From sequence record DRR723986_615: a DNA stretch of 37,963 nucleotides; one strand, 5' to 3'. Positions 11,504-20,304 of the stretch are shown piece by piece; positions within the stretch are counted from its first letter, which is position 1; every line of letters begins with the position of its first letter. The position numbers and the translations under genes were made by a program. The notes beneath the pieces are model-generated. The model did no database searches, had not been told where the DNA came from, and saw only the letters and a program-made list of their open reading frames with translations.

Positions 11504-12208
11504 TTGATCGTGGTCGATTCAAGTCAAAATTTGCAGGTTCTTTCCGATCAGTTTTTGCAGTTCGCTGTCGAAAAGCAGGTGTTGCGCTTTGGTGAATTCA
11601 AGACCAAGGCGGGAAGAATGTCGCCGTATTTTTTCAATGCGGGTCTGTTCAACACAGGTTCTTCGCTGCAAAAGCTCAGTGAATTTTACGCACAAACCTT
11701 GCTTGAGCAAACTGCCGAGCGTGGAATTCAGTTTGACATGCTGTTTGGCCCTGCTTACAAAGGCATTCCGCTGGTCGCCGGAGCCACCATGGAAATGGCC
11801 CGTCGCGGTCGCGATGTACCCTATGCATTCAACCGCAAGGAAGCCAAAGATCATGGTGAAGGTGGTTCGCTGGTTGGGGCTCCGCTGGAAGGTCGGGTTG
11901 TTATTGTTGATGATGTCATCTCGGCGGGAACTTCGGTGCGAGAGTCTGTTGAGATCATTCGTGCCAATGGCGCCGAACCCGCGGCGGTATTGATCGCGCT
12001 GGATCGCATGGAAAAAGGCATGCGCGACGGGCAGGACACCCAGCATTCAGCAGTTCAGGAAGTCGAGCAGTTGTATGGAATCCCTGTTTTGGCAATTGCC
12101 AACCTGCAAGATCTTTTGCGTTATCTGCTCACGCGTCAAGCGGCCAATGTCCGCCTTGCGGGTTGGTACGAAAAGGTGAAGGAATACCGCAGTCGCTACG
12201 GCGTGTAG
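11504..12208 (+). CDS. pyrE: Orotate phosphoribosyltransferase (start uncertain: TTG 11504, GTG 11510 or TTG 11531)
   Basis: FGEFKTKAGRMSPYFFNAG, FGPAYKGIP, NRKEAKDHGEGG and the PRPP loop VVIVDDVISAGTS. Confidence 0.96.
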   Translation: MIVVDSSQNLQVLSDQFLQFAVEKQVLRFGEFKTKAGRMSPYFFNAGLFNTGSSLQKLSEFYAQTLLEQTAERGIQFDMLFGPAYKGIPLVAGATMEMARRGRDVPYAFNRKEAKDHGEGGSLVGAPLEGRVVIVDDVISAGTSVRESVEIIRANGAEPAAVLIALDRMEKGMRDGQDTQHSAVQEVEQLYGIPVLAIANLQDLLRYLLTRQAANVRLAGWYEKVKEYRSRYGV

Positions 12209-12219
12209 TGGCTTCCAAC

Positions 12220-12259
12220 AAAAAGCCGCACCACTTTGTTAAGCGGGTGCGGCTTTTTT
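12220..12259. terminator. Bidirectional rho-independent terminator between convergent pyrE and ybeD
   Basis: AAAAAGCCGCACC ... GGTGCGGCTTTTTT: an inverted repeat with an A tract on one side and a T tract on the other. Confidence 0.85.
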
Positions 12260-12274
12260 GTAAAGTAATCCCGA

Positions 12275-12559
12275 TCACAAAACGACCGACACCAATTCAT
12301 GCCCTGAAAGGGCCCGATAAATATTGTCCAGTTCGTCCTGGTTGTTGACGTACACTTTGCAGGTGAGGCTAAGGTAGTTGCCCTTGCTGCTGGGGCGCAT
12401 GTCAACGCCTGCCACATCAAATCCAGGACTCATGCTCAGCAATAAATCACAAATGACTTGAGAAAACTCTGGCACGTTCTTTCCCATCACCTTGATGGGA
12501 AAGTGCGTCGGGAACTCAATCAGGCTTTTTTTGTGGTCACCGGGTGTTGGTGTGTTCAT
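12275..12559 (-). CDS. ybeD: YbeD family (DUF493) protein
   Basis: SLIEFPTHFPIKVMG, RPSSKGNYLSLT and LDNIYRALSGHELV; follows the dac gene as in E. coli. Confidence 0.9.
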   Translation of the reverse strand: MNTPTPGDHKKSLIEFPTHFPIKVMGKNVPEFSQVICDLLLSMSPGFDVAGVDMRPSSKGNYLSLTCKVYVNNQDELDNIYRALSGHELVSVVL

Positions 12560-12562
12560 CGT

Positions 12563-13756
12563 TTACTCTTCAAACCATAGTTTGGCGGAGTCCACCATTC
12601 GGCCAAACAAGCCAGCCTCCTCCACTGTGGACAAAGCCAACAGTGGCACTGTGCCGATGGTCTCGCCATTCAGTGTCAGTTTCAGTTTGCCAAGTTCTGT
12701 TCCAGCCGGGATTGGCGCAATCAAGGTGCCCTTTTTCTCGACTGTGGCTTTCAGTTGTTTGGCCATGCCACGTGGCACGTTGATCAGCAGATCTTTGTTC
12801 ACGCCCAGTTTCACTTCCTTGGCCTGACCTTTGTAAACATCGCTGGTGCTGATGGCTTGTTTGGCAGAATACAGTTTCACGGTTTCAAACATCTGATAGC
12901 CGTAATTCATCAGCTTCAGGCTTTCCTGCGTGCGTGCCTGGTCAGATGTCGTACCCAGCACCACGGACAGCAAGCGGCGATCCACTCCGTTGGGTAACGT
13001 TCGATTGGCTGAGCTCACCAAGCAATAACCGGCCGATTCGGTGTGTCCGGTCTTCATGCCGTCTACAGAAGGGTCGATCCACAGCAGGCGATTGCGGTTG
13101 GGTTGGCGAATTCCATTGTAGGTGTATTCCTTGGTGGAATACATTTTCTTGTAGTACTCAGGAAAGTCCATGATGATGCGCTTGGCCAGAATGCTCAAAT
13201 CTCGGGCCGTGGTGTAGTGCTGGGGGTCAGGCAAACCCGTGGCATTCTTGAAGTTCGTGTCTGTCAGGCCCAGCCGTTTGGCTTGCTGGTTCATCAGGGT
13301 CGCAAAATTGTTTTCGTCGCCAGCCAGCAGTTCCGCGATCGCGCGGCTTGCATCGTTGCCTGATTGCACAATCACACCGTACAGCAGCTCTTCAACAGTC
13401 ACAGGCTTGTTCGGCTCGATAAACATGCGCGAGCCTTCAGCCTTCCAGGCGAACGGTGATACAGGCACTTGCTGATCCATTCGAATTTGCTTGCTTTCAA
13501 GCGCAGCAAACGCCATGTAGGCTGTCATCAGTTTGGTCAGTGAAGCGGGTTCTAGACGCTCGCGACTGTTGAATTCGGCCAATGTCTGGCCTGTGGTCAG
13601 GTCGAGCAACATGTAACCTTTTGCACCGATCTCGGGTGGAGGTGGCATTACACTGGACTGGGCAGAGGCTTGCATGGCCACTCCGATACCAAGACCCAGA
13701 ACCAAGGAGAGTTGGCCCATGTGGCGTTTGAATCGGGAAATTCCTGAATTAAACAA
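12563..13756 (-). CDS. dacA: D-alanyl-D-alanine carboxypeptidase (PBP5/6, peptidase S11)
   Basis: SLTK (SxxK), SGN and KTG motifs. TTG start at 13756 chosen because AGGAG lies 8 nt upstream and it yields a signal peptide (MFNSGISRFKRH...QASA). dacA and dacC cannot be told apart. Confidence 0.93.
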   Translation of the reverse strand: MFNSGISRFKRHMGQLSLVLGLGIGVAMQASAQSSVMPPPPEIGAKGYMLLDLTTGQTLAEFNSRERLEPASLTKLMTAYMAFAALESKQIRMDQQVPVSPFAWKAEGSRMFIEPNKPVTVEELLYGVIVQSGNDASRAIAELLAGDENNFATLMNQQAKRLGLTDTNFKNATGLPDPQHYTTARDLSILAKRIIMDFPEYYKKMYSTKEYTYNGIRQPNRNRLLWIDPSVDGMKTGHTESAGYCLVSSANRTLPNGVDRRLLSVVLGTTSDQARTQESLKLMNYGYQMFETVKLYSAKQAISTSDVYKGQAKEVKLGVNKDLLINVPRGMAKQLKATVEKKGTLIAPIPAGTELGKLKLTLNGETIGTVPLLALSTVEEAGLFGRMVDSAKLWFEE

Positions 13757-13802
13757 GTAAAAAGCTCCTGTACTAGAGAGAGGTGAAGTAAGTGGTTTGC
13801 GT

Positions 13803-14441
13803 TTAACTTGGGTAATAACGCACAACCAGCTCTTTGAGTTGAGGCAGTTTGCCGTGAAAAAAATGTTCCACTCCTGGCATGACCATCACTGGCAAGTTTT
13901 GTTCACCCGCCCAGCGCAAAACATCAACAAGTGGCACCGTGTCGTCGACTTCACCATGTATGACCAGTGTGTTGTCAGGCACTGCAGCTACTTTAAAGCG
14001 GCTTGTGGCGGTGCCTACCAGTACCAGTTTGCCGATATTGATCCCGGCCTCACGCAAACGTTGCGCAGCATGACTGGTGACAAAAGCACCGAATGAAAAA
14101 CCAGCCATGGCAATTGGCGCCTGTTGCAATTCGGCTGGCAGTAGTGTGGTACGGGCCCGTTCGGTCAAGTGAACCAGGTCATCGGACTCACCCTGCCCAT
14201 TGTCGTGTGTGCCGGCGCTTTGCCCCACGCCCCTGAAGTTGAAGCGCAAGGTTACGAAGCCCATTTGGAGAAATGCACGGGCCAGTGTTTGCACTACTTT
14301 GTTGTCTTTGGTTCCACCAAACAAGGGGTGTGGGTGAGCGATTACTGCCAGTCCACGCAATGGGGCGGCAGGTTCATCAATGGACACCTCGACCTGGCCT
14401 GCAAGCCCGTTCCACAACTCATGTCGGGTTTTTGGATTCAT
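13803..14441 (-). CDS. Alpha/beta hydrolase (COG2945-like)
   Basis: HPHPLFGGT, RFNFRGVG, nucleophile elbow GFSFG, HGEVDDTV and HFFHG. Confidence 0.9.
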   Translation of the reverse strand: MNPKTRHELWNGLAGQVEVSIDEPAAPLRGLAVIAHPHPLFGGTKDNKVVQTLARAFLQMGFVTLRFNFRGVGQSAGTHDNGQGESDDLVHLTERARTTLLPAELQQAPIAMAGFSFGAFVTSHAAQRLREAGINIGKLVLVGTATSRFKVAAVPDNTLVIHGEVDDTVPLVDVLRWAGEQNLPVMVMPGVEHFFHGKLPQLKELVVRYYPS

Positions 14442-14749
14442 GGCAACCGCAGGCGTTCCACAATTTCGCCGCCCACCAAATGAGAGTCAATGATTTCGTC
14501 GACGTCCGAAATATCCACATAGGTGTACCAAACGCCTTCTGGGTAAACGACCATCACTGGGCCTTCATCGCATCGGTCAAGGCAGCCAGCCTTGTTCATC
14601 CGGATTTTTCCTTGTCCGTTCAAGCCCAGTTTCTTGATCCTCTCCTTGGCATGTGCATGCGCGGCCGATGCATGGCAATCGGCACAGCAGCTTTCATTGT
14701 TGGGTCGTTGATTGGTGCAAAAGAAAACATGTTTCTCGAAGTAGCTCAT
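14438..14749 (-). CDS. Thioredoxin-like [2Fe-2S] ferredoxin
   Basis: MSYFEKHVFFCTNQR...SCC...GCLDRCDEGPVMVVYPEGVWY; start at ATG 14749. Confidence 0.92.
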   Translation of the reverse strand: MSYFEKHVFFCTNQRPNNESCCADCHASAAHAHAKERIKKLGLNGQGKIRMNKAGCLDRCDEGPVMVVYPEGVWYTYVDISDVDEIIDSHLVGGEIVERLRLP

Positions 14750-14790
14750 GGCTGGGTGAGTCCGCGTGTGTGCTTTGGGTCGACAACGTA

Positions 14791-15936
14791 TTATCGCCGA
14801 AAACGTCGCTCGGGCAGGCTCAAAAAGGTCAAAACAGTCAGCGCCAGGATAGGCCACAATTCACTCACCCAGCGCCCGGCCTCCTGCAGGCTTCGGAAAA
14901 TCGCCAGAATGCCGCTACCCGGATTGCCAAGGTCCGGGTCGTAGACCCCGGGGAGCAGCAAGGTGATTAGCCACCCACCCAGAAGATGCAGCAGCCCGAT
15001 TCTCGCCATGTGGTGAGGCAACACCTGCATCATTGAGATAGTGAGTGCAACAATGAAAGCAATCAGCAATCCCAAGCTGTTGGCTTCAAACCACCGTTGC
15101 CCAAGGTAAGTCCACGCTGAAACCGGCGCGAGCACCAGATAATCCAGCAACCGAATCAACAGGGTCAAGGCGATCAGCACCAGCAGCAAACGGGCGCGTG
15201 GCGAGCCGGCCTGTGTTTGTGCCAACCCAATCATCCAGGCGCACATCAAAAAACAATAGTTGATGAATGTGGGTGCAATGGTTTCAATTTTCAGCAACAC
15301 TTCCAGCGGTATCCCAAACGGGGTGCTGTGCTGCAGTGGTCCCGGAATTTCCATCAGATTCCCCAGCCACAGCCCGGTGCTGAATGTAGGGTTTTGTGGC
15401 GGCAAAATACTCAGAAACCAAAGGCTAAGCAGACCCATGCCAATCCACGCGCGCTGAATCAGCCAATGCTCAATCCTGCGGTTCAGCAGCGGCGCAATTC
15501 GGTGTTGTGCGGTCACGTAAATACCCAACAACACACCCAGTGCGCCTCCAATTGTGTTGGTGGCCAGGTCCATCTTGGAAGGTACTCGGCTTGGCAAAAA
15601 TGTTTGCATCGATTCCAGGGCGAGAGAAATCAATGCACACAGCATCACCACCAATATTTTGTCGAATGTACGCGGCTGTCGGTTCAGGCCCAGCAGCATC
15701 AGAAATCCCAGTGGAATGTAGCCCCCTATGTTGATAAACACATCAGCCCACAGTACTTTTTGATGAACGGGAATCCAGGGGCCAAACAGAAATTCAAAAG
15801 GACCAATGCCGATGTGGCGCCAATCGCTGTAGGGAAAGAGGCTAAGGTGAATCACTACGCAGGCATACAGGCTCGCAAACATCAGAATCCCAGTGTAGGG
15901 AGTTCGTTTCAGCAGGCTGGAATGGATTGGCGGCAT
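14791..15936 (-). CDS. VanZ-family multi-pass membrane protein
   Basis: SLFP, DVFINIGGYIPLGF and SLALESMQTFLPSRVPSKMDLATNTIGG (VanZ pattern), plus extra TM helices. Start set at ATG 15936 to avoid overlap with birA. Confidence 0.85.
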   Translation of the reverse strand: MPPIHSSLLKRTPYTGILMFASLYACVVIHLSLFPYSDWRHIGIGPFEFLFGPWIPVHQKVLWADVFINIGGYIPLGFLMLLGLNRQPRTFDKILVVMLCALISLALESMQTFLPSRVPSKMDLATNTIGGALGVLLGIYVTAQHRIAPLLNRRIEHWLIQRAWIGMGLLSLWFLSILPPQNPTFSTGLWLGNLMEIPGPLQHSTPFGIPLEVLLKIETIAPTFINYCFLMCAWMIGLAQTQAGSPRARLLLVLIALTLLIRLLDYLVLAPVSAWTYLGQRWFEANSLGLLIAFIVALTISMMQVLPHHMARIGLLHLLGGWLITLLLPGVYDPDLGNPGSGILAIFRSLQEAGRWVSELWPILALTVLTFLSLPERRFRR

Positions 15937-15982
15937 GGCGTTTGAGCGATTCCTTGGTTTTGTGTCCCGTTCGGAGGTTAAG

Positions 15983-16777
15983 ATGAGCAAAATTTCGCAA
16001 CTAGCCCGAAGTGACCCGCATTCGATGTTAACTCAAGCCGATGTGCACTGGATCGAACTCGATTCAGTCGACTCAACAAATGATTACCTGGCTCGCGCTT
16101 ACCAGCAGGGGCGGGTGTCCGGTCTGAATGCCGTGTTGGCGCACATGCAAACCGCGGGCAGGGGGCGTGCAGGGCGGCCATGGCGCGCGCACCCGGGTGC
16201 GAGCCTGTGTCTGTCCCTGGGCTTGCCCATGGCGGGGCAGCAAATTCCCTTCTTGCCCCTGTGTGTGGGTGTCGCGGTGGCGCAGGTTCTTGAACAGTGG
16301 AAGGTGCCTGTGCAACTGAAATGGCCCAATGACTTATTGGCAGATCAGCAAAAGTTGGGCGGTGTGTTGTGCGAATCTTTTCAAACCGGGCAGGGTGCCA
16401 TCACTGTGGTTGGTGTGGGGCTGAATATTCAGGGTATTGACGTTCCTGAAGCGCTGTCTGGTCGGGGTGCCACCAGCTTGTCGAATTATTTGTCTGCACC
16501 GGGTTTACCTTCCCCGCGTGAACTAGCCGAGGCAGTCGTGTCATCGATTTTGATGCGAATCGAGGCTGCAAATGTTCAGGGCATCGACTCAATCTTTGCC
16601 GAGTTCAGCCAACGGGATGTTTGGCTGCGCCGCCAAGTTCAAGTTGAGGACCACGGTGCGGTGTGTTTTGCCGGTGAGGCCATGGGCATTGACCGGCAAG
16701 GTGCCTACTTGGTGAATACCGAGCATGGCCTGCGTGCGGTTCACGCGGGTGACTTGTCGTTGAGGGTGAGGCTGTGA
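15983..16777 (+). CDS. birA: Biotin--[acetyl-CoA-carboxylase] ligase, class I (no HTH)
   Basis: STND, QTAGRGRAGR, KWPNDL, KLGGVL and GVGLN motifs; GGAGG before ATG 15983. Confidence 0.95.
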   Translation: MSKISQLARSDPHSMLTQADVHWIELDSVDSTNDYLARAYQQGRVSGLNAVLAHMQTAGRGRAGRPWRAHPGASLCLSLGLPMAGQQIPFLPLCVGVAVAQVLEQWKVPVQLKWPNDLLADQQKLGGVLCESFQTGQGAITVVGVGLNIQGIDVPEALSGRGATSLSNYLSAPGLPSPRELAEAVVSSILMRIEAANVQGIDSIFAEFSQRDVWLRRQVQVEDHGAVCFAGEAMGIDRQGAYLVNTEHGLRAVHAGDLSLRVRL

Positions 16778-17592
16778 CCAGGGCGGGTAGCTTGTTGTGT
16801 ATCGATGCTGGAAACACCCTGGTGAAATGGTGCTTGCACGATAGTGCCAACGTCCGGTTTGAGCAGCCCTTCGCTTTTTTCAGTCAGGCCACAGCTGAAT
16901 TCAAACCTTTTTCCGAATCATTCGGTGCTGTTCAACGCTATTTGGCCCCCAGTCTCAATTCTGGTCATGATGTGCGTGCCGTGTTGCTCAGCAACGTTCT
17001 GGGCCCGGAGTTCGAACAGTCCGTGCGTTCAATGTGCGGGGCGGCTGGCGTACCCCTGCATGTATTGACTGTGAACAGACATGCAGAGGTTCAGTCTGCC
17101 TACCAAGCCCCGGCGACTCTGGGCAAAGACCGTTGGGCGGCATGCATGGCGCTCAGCGAGATCAGCAAGGCCAAGGTCAATTTGCTGGTTAGTCTGGGTA
17201 CAGCCACCACGTTGGATGTGGTGGTTAAGAATGTCTGTTGGCAACACTTGGGTGGATTTATCGTGCCGGGTGTTGAAACCATGTTGCGCAGCCTGCACTC
17301 AAACACAGCCGAACTGCCCAAAGTGCAATTGGACAGCATCAGCACCAACAGTTGGCCTGTCAGCACGCAGCAGGCGATTGGTCAGGGTGTGGGTCGCATG
17401 CAAAAAGCAATGGTCGATTCCGTGGTTGCTCAGTTACAGAGTGAATACGGTATTCCCCCGGCCATCTGGCTGACGGGTGGTTTTGCATCGGCCATGCAGG
17501 CCCAACTGCCCCAGGCCACCCTGCTTGAATACGCTGTATTCAAGGGCCTGGTGCTTGATTATCGCTTGGCACAAAAAGGTGCAGCAGCATGA
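16774..17592 (+). CDS. coaX: Type III pantothenate kinase
   Basis: IDAGNT, LGKDRW, GTATTLD and GGFIVPG motifs; GTGA overlap with birA. Confidence 0.9.
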   Translation: MTRAGSLLCIDAGNTLVKWCLHDSANVRFEQPFAFFSQATAEFKPFSESFGAVQRYLAPSLNSGHDVRAVLLSNVLGPEFEQSVRSMCGAAGVPLHVLTVNRHAEVQSAYQAPATLGKDRWAACMALSEISKAKVNLLVSLGTATTLDVVVKNVCWQHLGGFIVPGVETMLRSLHSNTAELPKVQLDSISTNSWPVSTQQAIGQGVGRMQKAMVDSVVAQLQSEYGIPPAIWLTGGFASAMQAQLPQATLLEYAVFKGLVLDYRLAQKGAAA

Positions 17593-18320
17593 ATGGTTGG
17601 CGATTTCTGGTTGTGTCGCTGTTGCTCGGCAATTTGGGCTTGCTGGGGTTTGGTCTCTTTGCAAACAATGACTCCCAAAAAACAATTGACTCTCCCGGTT
17701 TGCGTGCCGAGTGGGTTGGCATAGAACGTCCTTGGGATCAAGCGGTGGAGGTACTTCGAGCGCCCGTGGCCCCAGCCCCTAAAATCGATTTGAGAGAAGG
17801 GCAGGCCCAGCTTGATTCCGCCATTGAGAATGCCAGCAAACAGGTATTTGAGAATCCGAGGAACACGCTGGTGTGTTTGTTGTGGGGCCCCTTACTGCAA
17901 AGTGAATCCGCGCGTGTTCAAGAGGCTTTGCTGAATTGGGGGGGTGAAACGGATCGACTCGAACGTCAAGTACCGGTGGGCTATGTGGTCTACTTGCCGC
18001 AAGACATTGTGAATACCGGTGTGGGCATCGATCAACTTTCTGGCAAAGGCATTACTGACATGTTTTACATCACAACACCCGGGCCATTGCAAGGCACCAT
18101 TTCTCTGGGGCTGTTCAGGGACCTGGAAAGGGCGAACGCCCAGAAGGCCGATCTGGCACGCCGTGGCGTCGATGGAGTTCAAATTCGGGAGCGACTGGGC
18201 CCGGTGCGTGTTTTTTTTGAACTTCGGGGAAACGCGACGGAAATTGAAACCGTGCGTTCTGTGTTTGAGTTGAACAGAAAGGGCGAGCTCAAGCCTTGTG
18301 AGGGACCAACTGGCAGCTGA
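17589..18320 (+). CDS. Membrane-anchored SPOR-like protein
   Basis: N-terminal TM segment, CLLWGP, ISLGLFRD...A and a C-terminal Cys; matches the protein I recall following birA-coaX in Betaproteobacteria. Confidence 0.7.
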   Translation: MNGWRFLVVSLLLGNLGLLGFGLFANNDSQKTIDSPGLRAEWVGIERPWDQAVEVLRAPVAPAPKIDLREGQAQLDSAIENASKQVFENPRNTLVCLLWGPLLQSESARVQEALLNWGGETDRLERQVPVGYVVYLPQDIVNTGVGIDQLSGKGITDMFYITTPGPLQGTISLGLFRDLERANAQKADLARRGVDGVQIRERLGPVRVFFELRGNATEIETVRSVFELNRKGELKPCEGPTGS

Positions 18321-18321
18321 T

Positions 18322-19419
18322 TCAAAGATCCCCGCTTCGGTCCTTGTCCAAGAAAACCTGCGCCAAGCGAGTGTTCTCGGCATTGACCCCTTTGCTCCAG
18401 CAAATTACTTTGAATGCCTCTCCCATGTCGGCTTCATTCAGCAGGGTATTCAAATTCTGGCGGATCAATGCACCACGTGTCGGATGAGTAAATTCCGGTT
18501 GCTTCCGGGCCAGGTCAAGAATGCCATGTGCCAACAAAAACTCGCCTTGATGCGTGTACCCCTCAAGCTCGCCACCGCAGCTTGTCAGGGCTTCATAGAC
18601 TGCGCTGAAGTTTACATGGGCGGTTAAGTCCTGCTGCCCCACGTTCACCAGAAAATCATCATGCGCTGTGTGCCGGCTTGTGGCGCGCAAAGTGCCCTGC
18701 CTGCGTGTTGGGTGATAGTAAACGGCTTCGTGAAAACCATAGTCAATCATTAGCGCCAGGCCGTTCAGACGCTCCGTGACTGTTTTGACCCATGCGATGC
18801 TTTGCTCCGCAATTTCCGATTCGTAACCTTCTGGCCATGGTCCGTGAATATTCTGCAACCGAGAAACCAGGGCAGCGAAGACTGGTTCGGCTGGTCTCCA
18901 CACCCAGTCCAGCTTACCGTTAAGGTGTTGAACCCACGCCTCTAGCGGATGGCCTTCCTGCCATTTAAATCGGCGAACCGGCGTGGCATCCAGCACCTCA
19001 TTGCCCAAAACTATCCCGCCGAGCTCTGTGGGTAGTTCTTCCAGCCACCGTACTTTTTGTTCTACCTGCGGGCCATGAAGTGCTTTTAACTTGGCCAACT
19101 GCACATTTCTTAATCCGGTCGATACATCGACGATGTTGTATTGCGTAATTAAATCACCAGCCGTTTGAATAATGTCGCAGGCCAGTTGCCCGGTCCCGGC
19201 CCCAAATTCATACACCACACCATTGCAGCGGGGCAGCACCTCGCGCAGGGCCTTGCCCAGCGTTTGTCCAAACAGCGGGCTCAATTCCGGGGCGGTCACA
19301 AAATCGCCCTGACGACCGAAAATATGCTCGCCTTTGGCGTAATAGCCGTATTGGGGGTCGTAAAGCGCAAATCGCATGAACTCGTCAAAGCGAGTCGCTT
19401 GATTAAAATTCGACAGCAT
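18322..19419 (-). CDS. Class I SAM-dependent methyltransferase, MidA/NDUFAF7 (DUF185) family
   Basis: FMRFALYDPQYGYY, GDFVTAPELSPLFG, EFGAGTG, NEVLDA, IDYG, QDLTAHVNF and MGEAFKV motifs. Confidence 0.92.
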   Translation of the reverse strand: MLSNFNQATRFDEFMRFALYDPQYGYYAKGEHIFGRQGDFVTAPELSPLFGQTLGKALREVLPRCNGVVYEFGAGTGQLACDIIQTAGDLITQYNIVDVSTGLRNVQLAKLKALHGPQVEQKVRWLEELPTELGGIVLGNEVLDATPVRRFKWQEGHPLEAWVQHLNGKLDWVWRPAEPVFAALVSRLQNIHGPWPEGYESEIAEQSIAWVKTVTERLNGLALMIDYGFHEAVYYHPTRRQGTLRATSRHTAHDDFLVNVGQQDLTAHVNFSAVYEALTSCGGELEGYTHQGEFLLAHGILDLARKQPEFTHPTRGALIRQNLNTLLNEADMGEAFKVICWSKGVNAENTRLAQVFLDKDRSGDL

Positions 19420-19539
19420 TGGGCGGGTCTGGTTTAGAATAGCGGGTTCTTCTTTTAAAAATCAAAGCCTTGAAGTAAACCCTTCTCTGCTTGATGGTGG
19501 TTTTCCACTGGTGTTTAAATTCTAACCGATGACGCAGCA

Positions 19540-20304
19540 ATGACACATGCCAATCCACAATATGCCCTGGTAACGGGGGGAGCCAAGCGATTGGGCAAGG
19601 CCATCTCGCTTGAGCTGGCGCGCGCCGGTTGGTCTATTGTGCTGCACTGCCGTTCATCATTGGCAGAGGCCCGTGACACCGCAGCTCAAATTGAAGCGTT
19701 GGGAGTCCGCTGTGTTGTGGTTCAGGCTGACCTGGAAAAACCCAGCGAAGTGGAAGCATTGTTTGACGCTGCTGAACAGGCTGGGCCGATCCGGTGCGTA
19801 GTCAATAACGCTTCGTTGTTTGAATTCGACTCTGGCGAAACTTTTCATCCCGAGCTTTTTCACCGGCACATGGCTTCTAACTTGGCTGCGCCCATTCAAT
19901 TGGCCAAACGCTTGTTTCAGCATGTGCCTGACAATGAACAGGCCGTGGTGGTTAATCTGCTTGACCAAAAACTCAAAAATCTCAATCCCGATTTTTTAAG
20001 TTACACCCTGACCAAAGCCGGGCTTGAAACAGCCACCACCATGCTGGCCATGGAGCTGGCGCCCAAGGTGCGTGTTGTGGGCGTGGCACCCGGGCTCACT
20101 TTGATTTCGCACCTGCAAACCGATGCGCAGTTCGAGAGTACACACCGAATTTCGCCTTTGAACAAATCCTCCGAGCCTCAGGACATTGCCAACACGGTCT
20201 TGTTCCTGGTGCAAAGCCGCGCAATCACTGGTACCACCATTCTTGTGGATGGCGGGCAGCATTTGGTACCCATGGCGCGTGATTTCAGCATGATGACACC
20301 ATGA
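19540..20304 (+). CDS. SDR oxidoreductase, pteridine reductase / FolM-like
   Basis: TGGAKRLG, VVNNAS, YTLTK (YxxxK) and VDGG motifs; coupled to folB. Confidence 0.88.
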   Translation: MTHANPQYALVTGGAKRLGKAISLELARAGWSIVLHCRSSLAEARDTAAQIEALGVRCVVVQADLEKPSEVEALFDAAEQAGPIRCVVNNASLFEFDSGETFHPELFHRHMASNLAAPIQLAKRLFQHVPDNEQAVVVNLLDQKLKNLNPDFLSYTLTKAGLETATTMLAMELAPKVRVVGVAPGLTLISHLQTDAQFESTHRISPLNKSSEPQDIANTVLFLVQSRAITGTTILVDGGQHLVPMARDFSMMTP

